Below are positions 1 to 14,200 of a stretch of DNA of 64,000 bases, in pieces. The DNA comes from Gammaproteobacteria bacterium (GTDB lineage: Bacteria; Pseudomonadota; Gammaproteobacteria; HK1). The stretch spans positions 34,564-98,563 of the forward strand of contig JAABYT010000039.1 of the NCBI GenBank assembly GCA_011775625.1, read 5' to 3'. The notes under the pieces are model-generated. The model saw only the letters and a list, made by a program, of their open reading frames with translations, was not told the DNA's origin and made no database searches. Within the stretch, counting starts at the first letter, position 1. Every line of letters starts with the position of its first letter. The translations under genes and the position numbers were made by a program.

Positions 1-27
1 CTCCCCGTCCGGCGGCTGGGGCGACGC

Positions 28-240
28 TTGCAACGGCAGGTCTCCTGGCTCGCGGGTGCTGACGTCGGCTCGCGATCTCCGCGAAGCCTCGTCGGCGCTC
101 GCGCCCGGCCTTCCCGGTTTCCCAGTGGCCGCGAGTTGGGCGCTCGCTATCCGCTCACAGTTGCGGGGGCAGCCGGGGCTTTGCCGGCGCGCGCCGACGT
201 ACCCCGTTCCCTTTTGCTTCCCATGAGGGAACCGTCGCTG
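28..240 (-). promoter_or_regulatory. Cobalamin (B12) riboswitch; the regulated gene lies beyond the left edge of the window
   Basis: The reverse complement reads GGUUCCC..GGGAAGCAAAAGGGAACGGGGU..AAAGCCCCGGCUGCCCCCGCAACUGUGAGCGG..GCGGCCACUGGGAAACCGGGAAGGCC..GCGAGCCAGGAGACCUGCCGUUGC. This is the conserved core and B12 box of the cobalamin riboswitch class. The track ORF 28..246(+) over it is judged spurious. Confidence 0.85.
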
Positions 241-346
241 GCGTGAATGATTAACAGATTGTGACCGGTGTGCCAAGCGACGGATGGCTTCGACATTGGG
301 CCGGGCACAGGCTAACATCGTCTGCTTAGTCGCAGGAGATAAAGCC

Positions 347-898
347 GTGGGGCATCGACTGACCAAGATCTACACGCGTACCGGTGATTCCGGCACCACC
401 GGTCTGGCCGACGGCAGCCGCGTGGACAAGGACGACCTGCGCATCGAGGCAATGGGTACGGTCGACGAACTCAACGCTTATGTCGGCCGCATCCTGTCTC
501 ACAAGGTTCCCTCGGAGATGCGCGAGTGTCTCACCGATGTGCAGCACGCGCTGTTCGACATCGGCGGCGAGCTCGCCATACCCGGTTCGAGCACCGTGAC
601 AGCCGAGTACGTCGAGGCGCTCGAGTCCTCGCTCGATAACATCAACGCGACCTTACCCCCGCTCAAGGAGTTCATATTGCCGGGCGGGGGCGGAGCCGCG
701 ACCGCCACCCATGTGGCGCGGGCCGTTTGCCGGCGCGCCGAGCGCCGACTGGTCACGCTCGCGCGGCGCGACGACGTCAACGTTCACAGTCGCGTGTATC
801 TGAACCGACTCTCGGATTTGTTCTTCGTGATCGCACGGGCCCTGGCGCGGGCTCACGGCACGGAGGTGTACTGGAATCCGAAACGCAGCCGCGCCTGA
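347..898 (+). CDS. pduO: ATP:cob(I)alamin adenosyltransferase, PduO/MMAB type
   Basis: Frame of ORF 284..898. The KIYTRTGDSGTTGL N-terminal motif and helical C-terminal part are typical of PduO-type adenosyltransferases. GTG at 347, preceded by AGGAGA, fits the family N-terminus better than the ATG at 284. Confidence 0.85.
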   Translation: MGHRLTKIYTRTGDSGTTGLADGSRVDKDDLRIEAMGTVDELNAYVGRILSHKVPSEMRECLTDVQHALFDIGGELAIPGSSTVTAEYVEALESSLDNINATLPPLKEFILPGGGGAATATHVARAVCRRAERRLVTLARRDDVNVHSRVYLNRLSDLFFVIARALARAHGTEVYWNPKRSRA

Positions 899-910
899 CC
901 GCGGCGGGCA

Positions 911-1564
911 TCAGAATTTTTTCCTCAGCTCCAGCACCTGACCGTCCTGGCGCATGCTGACGCGCCCGAGGAATGACATGCCGAGCAAGGTCGCCGGCGG
1001 GAAATCCCCGTCATGGACGGCGCCCTGCACGTTCCTGAGCTCAATTTCGCCGACCCTGACCCGATTCAGATTGACGAGAAAGATGTCTTCGATTCCGGAA
1101 GCGGTGGAGGATTTTCCGGGCGTTCCGACGACGCGATAATCGATGCCGAGGCGGCGCGCCTCGCGCCCGGAGAGCGACACCAGCGTCGCGCCGGTGTCGA
1201 CGACGAAGTCCACCGGGTAGCCGTTGATGCTGCCGACCACCAGATACATTCGGTTTGGCGTCGGCCAGATACGCACGGTGGCCTGCTCGGGCGGTGCAAA
1301 GCTGGCGCCGATGCGGGCGCCGAGGCCGTAACGCTTGCGTTCCCCATCGATCTCCAGGACCGCTTCGCTGCTGGTGGCGGAGATCAGGGTGACGCCCTCC
1401 GGGCTGGTGTCGCCGCTGCGCAGAAGCCTGCGCTGACCGTCGACGACGACGATGGCGGTGTCTTTGAAAAGACCCACGACGGTGATGCTCTCGACCGAGG
1501 CGGCCGTTCGCACGAGCACGGCAAGCACGACGGCGAGTGCGAGATTGCGGGCCAGTCCGGGCAC
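911..1564 (-). CDS. Retropepsin-like (clan AA) aspartic protease, membrane/periplasm-anchored
   Basis: 217-aa ORF with an N-terminal hydrophobic signal/anchor. The DTGAT active-site motif sits in a VDFVVDTGATLVSL context typical of bacterial retropepsin-like proteases. Confidence 0.75.
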   Translation of the reverse strand: MPGLARNLALAVVLAVLVRTAASVESITVVGLFKDTAIVVVDGQRRLLRSGDTSPEGVTLISATSSEAVLEIDGERKRYGLGARIGASFAPPEQATVRIWPTPNRMYLVVGSINGYPVDFVVDTGATLVSLSGREARRLGIDYRVVGTPGKSSTASGIEDIFLVNLNRVRVGEIELRNVQGAVHDGDFPPATLLGMSFLGRVSMRQDGQVLELRKKF

Positions 1565-1570
1565 GCGCGC

Positions 1571-2569
1571 TCAGTCCGTGAGCTTGGCGGAGATCGGTGA
1601 CCCGTGAGGCACGGCCTGGCCGGGTGGCCAGTGAATCGCGCGCAGCCGCGGCACGCGTTCCATGCGCCAGTGTGCGATTGCCCACGACCACAGCTCGTCG
1701 AGACTCGCATCGTTGAGCGCGCGCTCGGGTTGCTGACCGAGGAACTCGAGCGCATCGATGACGAGTGGCACGGCAGGATTGCCCGTCACCGGCTCCGCGT
1801 AGGTCTGCTTGCTGAGCTTCTGTCCAACGGCGTTGACGGCGACCGGCAGATGCGCGTAGCCGGGCGTGGGCAGGCCGAGACAGCGCTGCAGGTGGATTTG
1901 CCGGGGTGTGGAGTCAAGCAGGTCGGCGCCGCGCACGATGTCGGTAATGCCGAACTCCGCGTCGTCGACCACCACCGCGAGGTGATAGGCGAAAATGCCG
2001 TCGGCGCGTCGTATGACGAAGTCTCCCACCGATTCGGGCAGTCGCTGATTGCAGCGGCCCTGCACGGCGTCGTCGAGCTCGACGCTGATGCCGCAGACGC
2101 GCATGCGCCGGGTGCGTGCACGCCTGCCGGGGACGAGGCCGTCGCGGCAGGTGCCGGGATAGACGCCGTCGAAGTCTTTTCGCGAGCAGCCGCAGGGAAA
2201 CGTCCACCCCGCCTCGCGCAGACGCTCGAGACCGTCGCGGTAGCGCTCCGTGCGCGTGCTCTGATAACAGACGTCGCCGTCCCAATAAAGCCCGAGGCGC
2301 TCGAGCTCGGCGAGGATCGCGTTGGCGGCGCCGGGCTCAGTGCGTGGACCGTCGAGGTCGTCGATCCGCACCAGCCATTCGCCCCGGCATCGGCGCGCCT
2401 GCAGATAGCTGCCGACCGCCGCAATGATGGAGCCGAAGTGCAGAGGGCCGGTGGGCGAGGGTGCGAAACGGCCGCGGTAGCCGCGCGCACTCTCTGTCTG
2501 AGCAAAGCGGGGGTTTTCGGCGCGATTGCGCGGCGTCGATGCAAGCTGCCGCGAGGTGTCGGACGCCAT
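1571..2569 (-). CDS. gluQ: Glutamyl-Q tRNA(Asp) synthetase
   Basis: Motifs GRFAPSPTGPLHFGS (HIGH-like) and WLVRIDDLD. Conserved position immediately downstream of dksA. The start is taken at the internal Met (MASDTS) just after the dksA stop; the longer track ORF would overlap dksA. Confidence 0.85.
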   Translation of the reverse strand: MASDTSRQLASTPRNRAENPRFAQTESARGYRGRFAPSPTGPLHFGSIIAAVGSYLQARRCRGEWLVRIDDLDGPRTEPGAANAILAELERLGLYWDGDVCYQSTRTERYRDGLERLREAGWTFPCGCSRKDFDGVYPGTCRDGLVPGRRARTRRMRVCGISVELDDAVQGRCNQRLPESVGDFVIRRADGIFAYHLAVVVDDAEFGITDIVRGADLLDSTPRQIHLQRCLGLPTPGYAHLPVAVNAVGQKLSKQTYAEPVTGNPAVPLVIDALEFLGQQPERALNDASLDELWSWAIAHWRMERVPRLRAIHWPPGQAVPHGSPISAKLTD

Positions 2570-2576
2570 CGGCGTC

Positions 2577-3002
2577 TCAGCCCATCTGCTTTTCCCGGAT
2601 CTCGTCGAGGACCTTGCAGTCATAGCAGAGGGTCGCCGTGGGGCGAGCTTCCAGGCGGCGAATTCCGATCTCGATACCGCAGGCCTCGCAATAACCATAC
2701 TCGCCGCTGTCGAGGGAGATCAGGGCGTCGTCGATCTTGCGAATCAGCTTGCGCTCGCGGTCACGGGTTCGCAGTTCTAAGGTGAATTCCGATTCCTGGG
2801 TGGCGCGGTCGTTGGGATCGGGAAAGTTGGCGGCTTCGTCCTGCATGTGATGGAGCGTGCGGTCGACCTCTTCCATGAGCTGCCGCTTCCAGGCGCCGAG
2901 AATCTTGCGAAAGTGCTCTACCTGTTTTTCATTCATGTACTCCTCGCCGCGCTTGGCCTTGTAGGGCTTGAAGACGAGGGTACTGGTCGATGTCTCGGCC
3001 AT
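2577..3002 (-). CDS. dksA: RNA polymerase-binding transcription factor DksA
   Basis: 141 aa with a coiled-coil region containing DPNDRATQE. C-terminal C4 zinc finger CEACGIEIGIRRLEARPTATLCYDC. Confidence 0.95.
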   Translation of the reverse strand: MAETSTSTLVFKPYKAKRGEEYMNEKQVEHFRKILGAWKRQLMEEVDRTLHHMQDEAANFPDPNDRATQESEFTLELRTRDRERKLIRKIDDALISLDSGEYGYCEACGIEIGIRRLEARPTATLCYDCKVLDEIREKQMG

Positions 3003-3239
3003 GTTCAGTGCTCCTGCTCAGGCGCTCTCGGTCATGCCGATCCGGCTCGGCGGCGCCGTGAATGCGTTCTCCGAGGCGGTGGTCTGCGGGCCGCTCGACG
3101 GCCACGGGCCACCTGACATTTGTTCCTAATCTCCCGCCTCGATCCGGCGCCACGACGGGGCCGTTGCCGAATCAGACGCGGGGTTTTACCAAAAACAGTT
3201 TAAAGGCGCAATAAAGCCCGCCGCACATTGCGTGTCCAG

Positions 3240-4016
3240 TCACGGAGCCGGGCGCGGCGCCGGTGGCTCGTCCCCGGGCGCGGCCCCGCCGGGTGCCGCC
3301 AGGCGTTCGACCCACAGGGCGGTCGCGCCGGCGACGGCCGCCGGGATGACCAGGAAATTGACCACCGGGATGGCCAGGGCGCACATCACGGCGCCGCCGA
3401 AGCCGAGCGCCAGGTAGCGTCGTTTTCCCAGCCTGCGGCGCTGCTCGGCAAAGCCGAGGCCGTGGTTGCCCATCGGGTAGTCGATGTAGCTGATGGCCAG
3501 CATCCAGGCGCCGAACAGCATCCAGACCACGGGCGCGGCGATGTTCACACCGGGTATCAGAAATAGCAGCAGGGCTGGAATGCCCCAGAGCACGATGTAG
3601 GCGAGCTTGCGCAGCTCCGAGGCGAAGGTGCGGCCCAGATCCGCGATCAGCTTCTTCCAGCCGCCGGCAAGCGCGCTGCCGGTGAGATGGCACTCCACGG
3701 CCTCGGCCAGCAGCCCGTTGAACGGCGCCGCGATGAGGTTTCCCACCAGCGAAAAGGTGAAGAACACGATGATCAGCAAGACGATGAAGAAGAGTGGCCA
3801 GATCACGAACACCAGCCAGTCGAGCCAGCCTGGAAGCCGCTCCAGCAGCCCCTCGAGCACGCTGCCGAACCAGCCGCTGCCGAAATAGATGAAGGCGCCG
3901 AACAGCACGACGTTGACCGCCAGCGGCACGAACACGTAGGCGCGGATGCCGGGCACCGCGAGCAGACGCACGCCGCGCAGCAGGTAAAGGGCACCGGAAA
4001 CCGGGTTATTGCGCAT
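3240..4016 (-). CDS. cysZ: Sulfate transporter CysZ
   Basis: 258-aa polytopic membrane protein with a CysZ-like N-terminus (GALYLLRGVRLL...PGIRAYVFVPLAVN) and CysZ-like overall length and topology. Confidence 0.8.
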   Translation of the reverse strand: MRNNPVSGALYLLRGVRLLAVPGIRAYVFVPLAVNVVLFGAFIYFGSGWFGSVLEGLLERLPGWLDWLVFVIWPLFFIVLLIIVFFTFSLVGNLIAAPFNGLLAEAVECHLTGSALAGGWKKLIADLGRTFASELRKLAYIVLWGIPALLLFLIPGVNIAAPVVWMLFGAWMLAISYIDYPMGNHGLGFAEQRRRLGKRRYLALGFGGAVMCALAIPVVNFLVIPAAVAGATALWVERLAAPGGAAPGDEPPAPRPAP

Positions 4017-4019
4017 GCG

Positions 4020-4427
4020 TCAGCGCGGCGCGGCGGGGCGCACCGGTGCGGGCGCTTGCCAGCCCGGCGCGCGGTGCTCCGCCACCACGCTGGTGTAAAG
4101 GCCTCCGCGGACGTTGAACTCGGCCGTGAGGCGCATGTAGCGGGGCTGACAGGCGCCGGCCAGATCGTCCAGGATGCGATTGGTCACGGCCTCGTGAAAG
4201 GCGCCCTGGTCACGATAGGAGCCGATGTAGATCTTCAGGGACTTGAGCTCGATACAGCGCTTGTCGGGGACATAATCGAGATAAAGGGTCGCGAAGTCGG
4301 GCTGCCCGGTCTTCGGGCACAGGCACGTGAACTCGGGAATCCGGATGTGGATGGTGTAGTCCCGATCCGGATTCGGGTTGTCAAACAGCTCGAGGCTGTC
4401 GGCGGCATTCGATGACATGGGGTCCAT
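4020..4427 (-). CDS. queF: NADPH-dependent 7-cyano-7-deazaguanine reductase (unimodular type)
   Basis: [14 protein letters not shown] catalytic-Cys motif. The 135-aa length matches YkvM-type QueF. Confidence 0.9.
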   Translation of the reverse strand: MDPMSSNAADSLELFDNPNPDRDYTIHIRIPEFTCLCPKTGQPDFATLYLDYVPDKRCIELKSLKIYIGSYRDQGAFHEAVTNRILDDLAGACQPRYMRLTAEFNVRGGLYTSVVAEHRAPGWQAPAPVRPAAPR

Positions 4428-4498
4428 AAGAGTGTTTTGTCGAGATCGTTTAGTGTAAAGTATTGCCCGATGCTCAAGGAACGCCTTAGCTCGCGCAC

Positions 4499-7400
4499 AT
4501 GCGTCTGAAACGAATCAGACTCGCGGGTTTCAAGTCCTTCGTCGATCCCATCACGATTCACGTCCCCGGTGAGCTGACCGCCGTGGTCGGCCCGAACGGC
4601 TGCGGCAAGTCCAATATCATCGATGCGGTCCGCTGGGTCATGGGCGAGCTGTCGGCCAAGCATCTGCGCGGCGACAGCATGGCCGACGTGGTTTTCACCG
4701 GATCCAATACCCGCAAACCCGTTGGACAGGCTTCCGTCGAGCTGATATTCGACAACAGCGGCGGGCGCCTCGGTGGCCGCTACGCGAGCTACAGCGAGAT
4801 CTCGGTCAAGCGCCAGGTGTCCCGGGACAGCCAGTCGGCGTACTTCCTGAACGGCACCCGCTGCCGGCGCCGGGACGTGACCGACGTGTTCTTCGGCACC
4901 GGGCTCGGTCCCCGCAGCTACGCCATCATCGAGCAGGGCATGATCTCACGGCTCATCGAGGCGCGGCCCGAAGAGCTTCGCGACTTTCTCGAGGAAGCGG
5001 CGGGTATCTCCAAGTACAAGGAACGCCGCCGGGAAACCGAGAACCGCATGCGCCACGCCGAGGAAAACCTCGAGCGCCTCACCGATTTGCGCGACGAGCT
5101 CGGCAAGCGGCTCGCGCATCTGAAACGCCAGGCCACCATGGCCGGGAAGTACAAGGTGCTCAAGCAGGAGGAGCGCGATCTCGAGGCCGAGCTGCTGGCG
5201 CTTCGCTGGCGCGGTCTCGACGCCGAGAGCCGCGCCAAGACCGAGGCGGTGACGGATCAGGAGACGGCCCTAGAGGCCGGCCTCGCGGAGCAGCGGCGCG
5301 TCGAGGCGGAGCTCGAGAAGGCGCGCTCTGACCAGAGTGCCGTTGCCGAGGCGTTCAACGAGGTCTACCGGCGCGTGCTCGACGCCGAGTCCGCCATTGC
5401 GCGCGGCGAGGAGACCATCCAGAACCTGCGCCGCCAGCGCGAGGAGCAGAGGGAGAACCTGTCCGCCGAGGAGCAGCGCCTGGAGAGCGCGCGCATGCAC
5501 CTGGAGTCGGAGGCGGCGCGCTCGAGCGAGCTGCGCAGCGAGCTCGGGCGGCTCGAGCCGGAGCTCGAGCGGCTGCACGCCGATGCCGCCGAGGCGCGTG
5601 TCGGGTTTCGCGCCAGCGAGGAGGCCATGCACGCCTGGCAGTCGGACTGGGAGTCGTGGAGCGAGGAGGCTGCGGAGCCGGCACGCATGCGCGATGCCGA
5701 GGCCGCGCGTATCCAGCACCTGGTGCAGGCCGTGGCGCAGCTCGAGCAGCGCCGCGATCGGCTGCGCGGCGAGCAGGCCGGTCTGCCCTCCGAGGCGCTC
5801 GAGCGCAGCACCCACGAGCAGCGCACCGAGATCGAGCGCGCCGAGCGCCACCTGGTAGAGCTCGAGCGCGCCGTCGCTGCCCGCCAGGAGGAGCTCAACC
5901 GCGCCCGCGACGTGGAGCGGGCAGCGGCGGACACCCTGCACGAGGCGCGCGAAGGTCAGCAGAGCCTCGGCGGAAGACTCTCTGCGCTGCAAGCGCTGCA
6001 GCAGGACGCGCTCGGCAAGCGCCCGGGGGTGGTCATGGAGTGGCTGCGCGAGACCGGTCTCGCCAAGCAGCCGCGGCTTGCCGAGCAGCTCAACGTGGAT
6101 TCCAAGTGGGCGCGCGCCGTGGAGATGGTGCTGGACTTCCGTCTCGAGGCCGTTTGCGTGGACAGCCTGGAGCATTACGCGCGCGCGCTGCAGGGATTCT
6201 CCGAGGGTGCGCTGACGTTGTTCGAGGGCCGCGCCGGCGCGTCTCTCGACGCGCGTGTCGCCGGCTCGCTCGCGGAGAGGGTCGAGGCGCCGTGGTCGCT
6301 GGCCGGAGTGCTCGCCGGCGTGCGCACCGCCGAGACCCTGTCCGAAGCCCTCGCCGTGCGCGCCGCGTTGGCCGCGCACGAATCGGTGGTGACGCCCGAG
6401 GGCGTGTGGGTCGGGCCGAGCTGGATCCGCGTTCACCGGGTGGCGGGCGAGGACAGCGGCGTGCTCGCCCGCGAGCAGGAGCTCCACGCCCTCGCCGAAG
6501 AGTTCGCCGGTCTGCAGGCGCGCGTCGAGGCGTGCGAGGCGGAGCTTGCCGATTCCCGCACGCGGCGTGACGCCTGCGAGGCCGCGCTCGCGGCGGTCCA
6601 GGCGGATCTGGCGGCGCAGCTGCGGGCGCGCGCGGCGCTCGAGTCCGAGCTCGGCGCGGCCACCGCGCGCCACGAGCAGGCCCGCGAGCGGGCTGCCACC
6701 ATCAGCGCAGAATGCCAGGACGTGGAGACCCAGCTGGCGGCGGAGCAGGAGGTGCTGGCACGGGCGCGCAGCCGCTGGGAGCAGTCCTCCAGCGACGTGG
6801 AGCGCCTCAACGAGGAGCGCGCGGATTGGATGCGGCGCCGCGAAGAGCACCGCCAGCGTCTCGATGAGAGCCGCGAGGCCTGGCAGGCTGCGCGCGAGCA
6901 GGCCTACGAGCTCGGGCTCAAAGCCGAGTCCATGCGCGCCCAGGCACAGTCCCTCGACGAAGGGCGCGCGCGCAATCTCGATATGGTCGCTCAGCTCGAG
7001 GCGCGCGTGCGCGACCAGCGCGCGGCCCTCGAGGCCGGTTCGGCGCCGCTCGCCGAGGCCGAGGCGGCGCTCGAGGAGAAGCTCAAGGCGCGCAGCCTCA
7101 TCGACGAGAGCTTGCGCAGCGCGCGCGAGCGGGTCGAGAGCGCCGAGGGCCGGGTGCGCGCGCTCGACGAGACACGCCTGGAGAAGGAGGAGCGCGTCAA
7201 CGGCGAGCGCACACGCCTGGAATCACTGCGGCTCGAAGCCCAGGAGGTGAGCGTGCGCCGCAGGACGGTGGAGGAGCAATTCGCCCGCCTCGGCTACGAG
7301 CTGCCGGTGGTGCTCGAGTGCCTGCAGGAGAGCGCAACCGTCGGCGAGTGGGAGGAGAAGCTCGCCGGCATCGAGCGGCGCATCAACCGTCTCGGGCCCA

Positions 7401-8005
7401 TCAACCTGGCCGCCATCGAGGAGCACGAGCAGCACGCCGAGCGCAAGCAGTATCTGGACGCCCAGCATCAGGACCTCCAGGAAGCGCTCGAGACGCTCAG
7501 CGCCGCGATTCAGAAGATCGATCGCGAGACCCGCGCGCGTTTCAAGGAAACCTACGAGAAGGTCAACGAGGGTCTCGGCGCCATGTTCCCGCGCCTGTTC
7601 GGCGGCGGAACCGCGTACCTGCAGCTGACCGGTGACGACCTGCTCAGCACCGGCGTGTCGGTGATGGCGAGGCCGCCCGGCAAGCGCAATACCAGCATTC
7701 ACCTGCTTTCCGGTGGCGAGAAGGCGCTGGCGGCCATCGCCCTGGTGTTCGCCATTTTCGAATTGAACCCGGCTCCCTTCTGCCTGCTCGATGAGGTCGA
7801 TGCGCCGCTCGACGATGTCAACGCGGTGCGTTTCAGTGAGCTTCTCAAGGACATGTCCGAGCGCGTGCAGTTCGTGATCGTGACGCACAACAAGATCACC
7901 ATGGAAATCGCGGAGCAGCTCATCGGCGTGACCATGAACGAGCCAGGGGTATCCCGTCTGGTGGCGGTCGACGTCGACGAGGCGGTGGAGCTGGTCGCGG
8001 TATAA
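4499..8005 (+). CDS. smc: Chromosome segregation protein SMC
   Basis: 1168 aa. Walker [10 protein letters not shown], long coiled coils, hinge, signature LSGGEKAL and Walker [13 protein letters not shown]. Confidence 0.95.
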   Translation: MRLKRIRLAGFKSFVDPITIHVPGELTAVVGPNGCGKSNIIDAVRWVMGELSAKHLRGDSMADVVFTGSNTRKPVGQASVELIFDNSGGRLGGRYASYSEISVKRQVSRDSQSAYFLNGTRCRRRDVTDVFFGTGLGPRSYAIIEQGMISRLIEARPEELRDFLEEAAGISKYKERRRETENRMRHAEENLERLTDLRDELGKRLAHLKRQATMAGKYKVLKQEERDLEAELLALRWRGLDAESRAKTEAVTDQETALEAGLAEQRRVEAELEKARSDQSAVAEAFNEVYRRVLDAESAIARGEETIQNLRRQREEQRENLSAEEQRLESARMHLESEAARSSELRSELGRLEPELERLHADAAEARVGFRASEEAMHAWQSDWESWSEEAAEPARMRDAEAARIQHLVQAVAQLEQRRDRLRGEQAGLPSEALERSTHEQRTEIERAERHLVELERAVAARQEELNRARDVERAAADTLHEAREGQQSLGGRLSALQALQQDALGKRPGVVMEWLRETGLAKQPRLAEQLNVDSKWARAVEMVLDFRLEAVCVDSLEHYARALQGFSEGALTLFEGRAGASLDARVAGSLAERVEAPWSLAGVLAGVRTAETLSEALAVRAALAAHESVVTPEGVWVGPSWIRVHRVAGEDSGVLAREQELHALAEEFAGLQARVEACEAELADSRTRRDACEAALAAVQADLAAQLRARAALESELGAATARHEQARERAATISAECQDVETQLAAEQEVLARARSRWEQSSSDVERLNEERADWMRRREEHRQRLDESREAWQAAREQAYELGLKAESMRAQAQSLDEGRARNLDMVAQLEARVRDQRAALEAGSAPLAEAEAALEEKLKARSLIDESLRSARERVESAEGRVRALDETRLEKEERVNGERTRLESLRLEAQEVSVRRRTVEEQFARLGYELPVVLECLQESATVGEWEEKLAGIERRINRLGPINLAAIEEHEQHAERKQYLDAQHQDLQEALETLSAAIQKIDRETRARFKETYEKVNEGLGAMFPRLFGGGTAYLQLTGDDLLSTGVSVMARPPGKRNTSIHLLSGGEKALAAIALVFAIFELNPAPFCLLDEVDAPLDDVNAVRFSELLKDMSERVQFVIVTHNKITMEIAEQLIGVTMNEPGVSRLVAVDVDEAVELVAV

Positions 8006-8025
8006 CCATTCCGGGGGGGCGCCCC

Positions 8026-11900
<3,875 letters not shown>

Positions 11901-11928
11901 GGATTTCGCGGCAAATTCTAATGAAGGC

Positions 11929-12678
11929 TCACTGCGCGTCCAGCGCCTGGCCGCGAACCTCGCGGCTGTCGGGACCCATGAGGTAGAGGTAGGGAAGCAC
12001 GATTTCCTCCGGCGTGGGCAGCGCGGCGCGATTCTCGGCGGGGTAGGCGGCGGCGCGCATGGCGGTGCGCACCGCTCCCGGGTTGATGCTGTTGACCCGC
12101 ACGCTGGAATTTTCCTCGAGCTCGTCGGCGAGTATCTGGGTGAGTCCCTCGAGGCCGAACTTGCTGACCGCGTAAGCGCCCCAGTAAGCGCGCCCGCGCC
12201 GGCCGACACCCGACGAGGTAAACAGCACCGACGCGTCGGCGGCGCGCTTGAGCAAAGGCAGGCAGGCCCGCGTGAGCATGAACGGGGCATTCAGGTTGAC
12301 CTGGATGACGCGCAGCCAGGTGACCGGATCGTAGTGTTCGATGGCTGTCAGGGCGCCGAGCTGGGCCGCGTTGTGCAGCAGACCGTCGAGCCGTCCGAGC
12401 TGGCCGTCGATGCGCCCGGCGAGGTCGGCGTAATCGTCGGCAACGGCGCCTTCCAGATCCATGGGATAGATGGCGGGCTCCGCGCCGCCGGCCTGCTTGA
12501 TGCGGTCGTAGACCTGCTCGAGCTTGGCGACCGTTCGCCCGAGGAGCACGACGGTGGCGCCATGGGCGGCGAATGCCAGCGAAACTGCGCGACCGATGCC
12601 GTCACCGGCACCGGTGACGAGAATCACGCGATCGGCGAGCAGCTGCGGCGGCGGTTGATAACTGTCGGGAATCTTCAC
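11929..12678 (-). CDS. yciK: YciK-family short-chain dehydrogenase/reductase
   Basis: Motifs VILVTGAGDGIGR (TGxxxGIG) and YAVSKFGLEG (YxxxK). GTG start at 12678 is chosen just after the upstream gene's stop. Confidence 0.8.
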   Translation of the reverse strand: MKIPDSYQPPPQLLADRVILVTGAGDGIGRAVSLAFAAHGATVVLLGRTVAKLEQVYDRIKQAGGAEPAIYPMDLEGAVADDYADLAGRIDGQLGRLDGLLHNAAQLGALTAIEHYDPVTWLRVIQVNLNAPFMLTRACLPLLKRAADASVLFTSSGVGRRGRAYWGAYAVSKFGLEGLTQILADELEENSSVRVNSINPGAVRTAMRAAAYPAENRAALPTPEEIVLPYLYLMGPDSREVRGQALDAQ

Positions 12679-12697
12679 GGTATGCGTCGCGCTGGAG

Positions 12698-13525
12698 CTA
12701 TCCGCGATGTTTCCATGCAATCCAGAGCTTGCGCAACGGGGTAATCGCCGCTGGTCGCTCGGACACCGCATACGCGCCGCGCTCGATGGCATCGAGCTGC
12801 GCGAGCATCATCTCGGCGAGGGCGCGCCGGGGGCGTTGCGCGCCCCGATCGGCGACCGGCATCGCCTCGAGAGCGTCGCGCAGGCGCAGCCGCGCGGCCT
12901 CGCAGACTTTGCGCACGCTGCGCCGCACGGGCTCGGTCGTGGGCGTGGCGCCCAGATCCGCGCGCGAAACGCCGCATTCGGCGAGCAGGTCCGCAGGCAG
13001 ATCGGTCGCACGCCGCGCGTCCGGGCGGTACGGGCTGCGGGCGAGCTCGGCGAGCGCCAGGCCGACGCCGAGACTTCGGGAAGCGTCGACGGTCTCGGTG
13101 CAGGCGAAGCCACACAGCTGCGCGGCGATGCATCCCGTCAGGTCGGCGACCCGATCGAAGTGCGCCTCGAGCTCGGCGAAGGTGCCGTACGCGTCACGCT
13201 CGTGGTGTGCGACAAAGGCGTTCAGCACGCCGGCGAAGCGCGCGCTGTCGACGCCGGCCTCGCGCAGCGGCTGTGCCAGTGCCCGGGTGATCGGATGGCG
13301 CGGCGCACCGCACGCGGCACGCTCAATCTCCTCGGCCCACCAGCCGAGCTTGGTACGCGCCACGCCCGCTTCGCGCACCTGCTCGGCGATAGCGCGGAAC
13401 TCTTCGGCGGCGGCGTGCAGGGCGGTGAGGGCCTCGCGCAGCGCCGGGCTCACGAACAGGAGGCTGTAGTAGAGTGACGATCCGGGCAGTGCCACCTTTT
13501 CGCGGCAGTAGTCGTAGGGCGACAT
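12698..13525 (-). CDS. Squalene/phytoene synthase family protein with degenerate Asp-rich motifs
   Basis: A SSLYYSLLFV..ALHAA start resembling the SFYxAFxxLP region, and an overall 275-aa helical pattern like SQS/PSY. Both DxxxD motifs appear replaced (AEEFRAIAEQV and ELARSPYRPDARRATDLP). Confidence 0.55.
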   Translation of the reverse strand: MSPYDYCREKVALPGSSLYYSLLFVSPALREALTALHAAAEEFRAIAEQVREAGVARTKLGWWAEEIERAACGAPRHPITRALAQPLREAGVDSARFAGVLNAFVAHHERDAYGTFAELEAHFDRVADLTGCIAAQLCGFACTETVDASRSLGVGLALAELARSPYRPDARRATDLPADLLAECGVSRADLGATPTTEPVRRSVRKVCEAARLRLRDALEAMPVADRGAQRPRRALAEMMLAQLDAIERGAYAVSERPAAITPLRKLWIAWKHRG

Positions 13526-13528
13526 GGC

Positions 13529-14200
13529 TCAAAAGCGGTCGAGCCAGTCGAGCAGATCGGCGGGCGCGTCGATGGTCGCGTCGGCGTGCCAGTCGAGCGG
13601 ATCGTCGTCGGCCGCGATGTAACCCCAGGTAGCGGCAACGCAGCGCATGCCCGCCCGCCGGGCGGCGACCACGTCCTTCTCGGCATCGCCCACGTACACG
13701 CACTCGGCGGGCCGGCTGCCGGCCAGTCGGCAGGCGTGCAGGAGCGGCTGCGGGTGCGGCTTGGCGTTGGCGGTGGAATCGCCGCTGACGATGCAGGCGG
13801 CGCGTGCCTGTGGATCCAGCGCCCGCATCAGCGGCTCGGTGTACGCGCGGCGCTTGTTGGTGACGATGCCCCAGACGATGCTGCGCGCCTCGAGCGCATC
13901 GAGAAGCGGCGCCATGCCCTCGACCAGGGTCGTGTGGCGGCACACGTTCTCGCCGTAGAGGGCGAGGAAGCGCGCCAGCACCTCGTCGAGCGTGGGCGCG
14001 TCGAGACGCGCGTCGCAGGCGATCTCGGCCATGGCGCGGGCGCCGCGCGACACCAGTGGACGCAGGATCTCGTCCGCCACGGGCGCGAGGCCGTGCTCGG
14101 CGAGGGCCTCGCCGAGGGCTGCGCTCAAATCCGGAAGCGTGTCGGCGAGGGTGCCGTCGAGATCGAAAAATATGGTGCCGGGGGCGCATGCCCCGTTCAT
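13529..14200 (-). CDS. HAD-IA phosphatase (phosphoglycolate phosphatase / MupP-like)
   Basis: FFDLDGTLADT motif I, VTNK motif II, GDAEKDVVAARRAG motif III/IV. ATGA overlap with the ubiG stop. The position after ubiG matches Pseudomonas mupP. Confidence 0.8.
   Translation of the reverse strand: MNGACAPGTIFFDLDGTLADTLPDLSAALGEALAEHGLAPVADEILRPLVSRGARAMAEIACDARLDAPTLDEVLARFLALYGENVCRHTTLVEGMAPLLDALEARSIVWGIVTNKRRAYTEPLMRALDPQARAACIVSGDSTANAKPHPQPLLHACRLAGSRPAECVYVGDAEKDVVAARRAGMRCVAATWGYIAADDDPLDWHADATIDAPADLLDWLDRF

Noticed and set aside
28-246. 72-aa ORF on the plus strand at the left edge
   Set aside because: It coincides exactly with the reverse complement of a cobalamin riboswitch. It has Arg/Ala/Pro-rich low-complexity composition and no RBS.
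3195-3239. Possible terminator after cysZ (GGCG..CGCC followed by TTTAAACTGTTTTT)
   Set aside because: The stem is only 4 bp with mismatches, which is too weak to call.
5270-6850. 526-aa ORF antisense to smc (and several other 100-300-aa ORFs in the same region)
   Set aside because: It lies opposite the coiled-coil part of smc, where GAG/CTC/GCG-rich codons keep the antisense frames open. The product is Arg/Ala/Gly/Leu low-complexity with no recognisable motifs.
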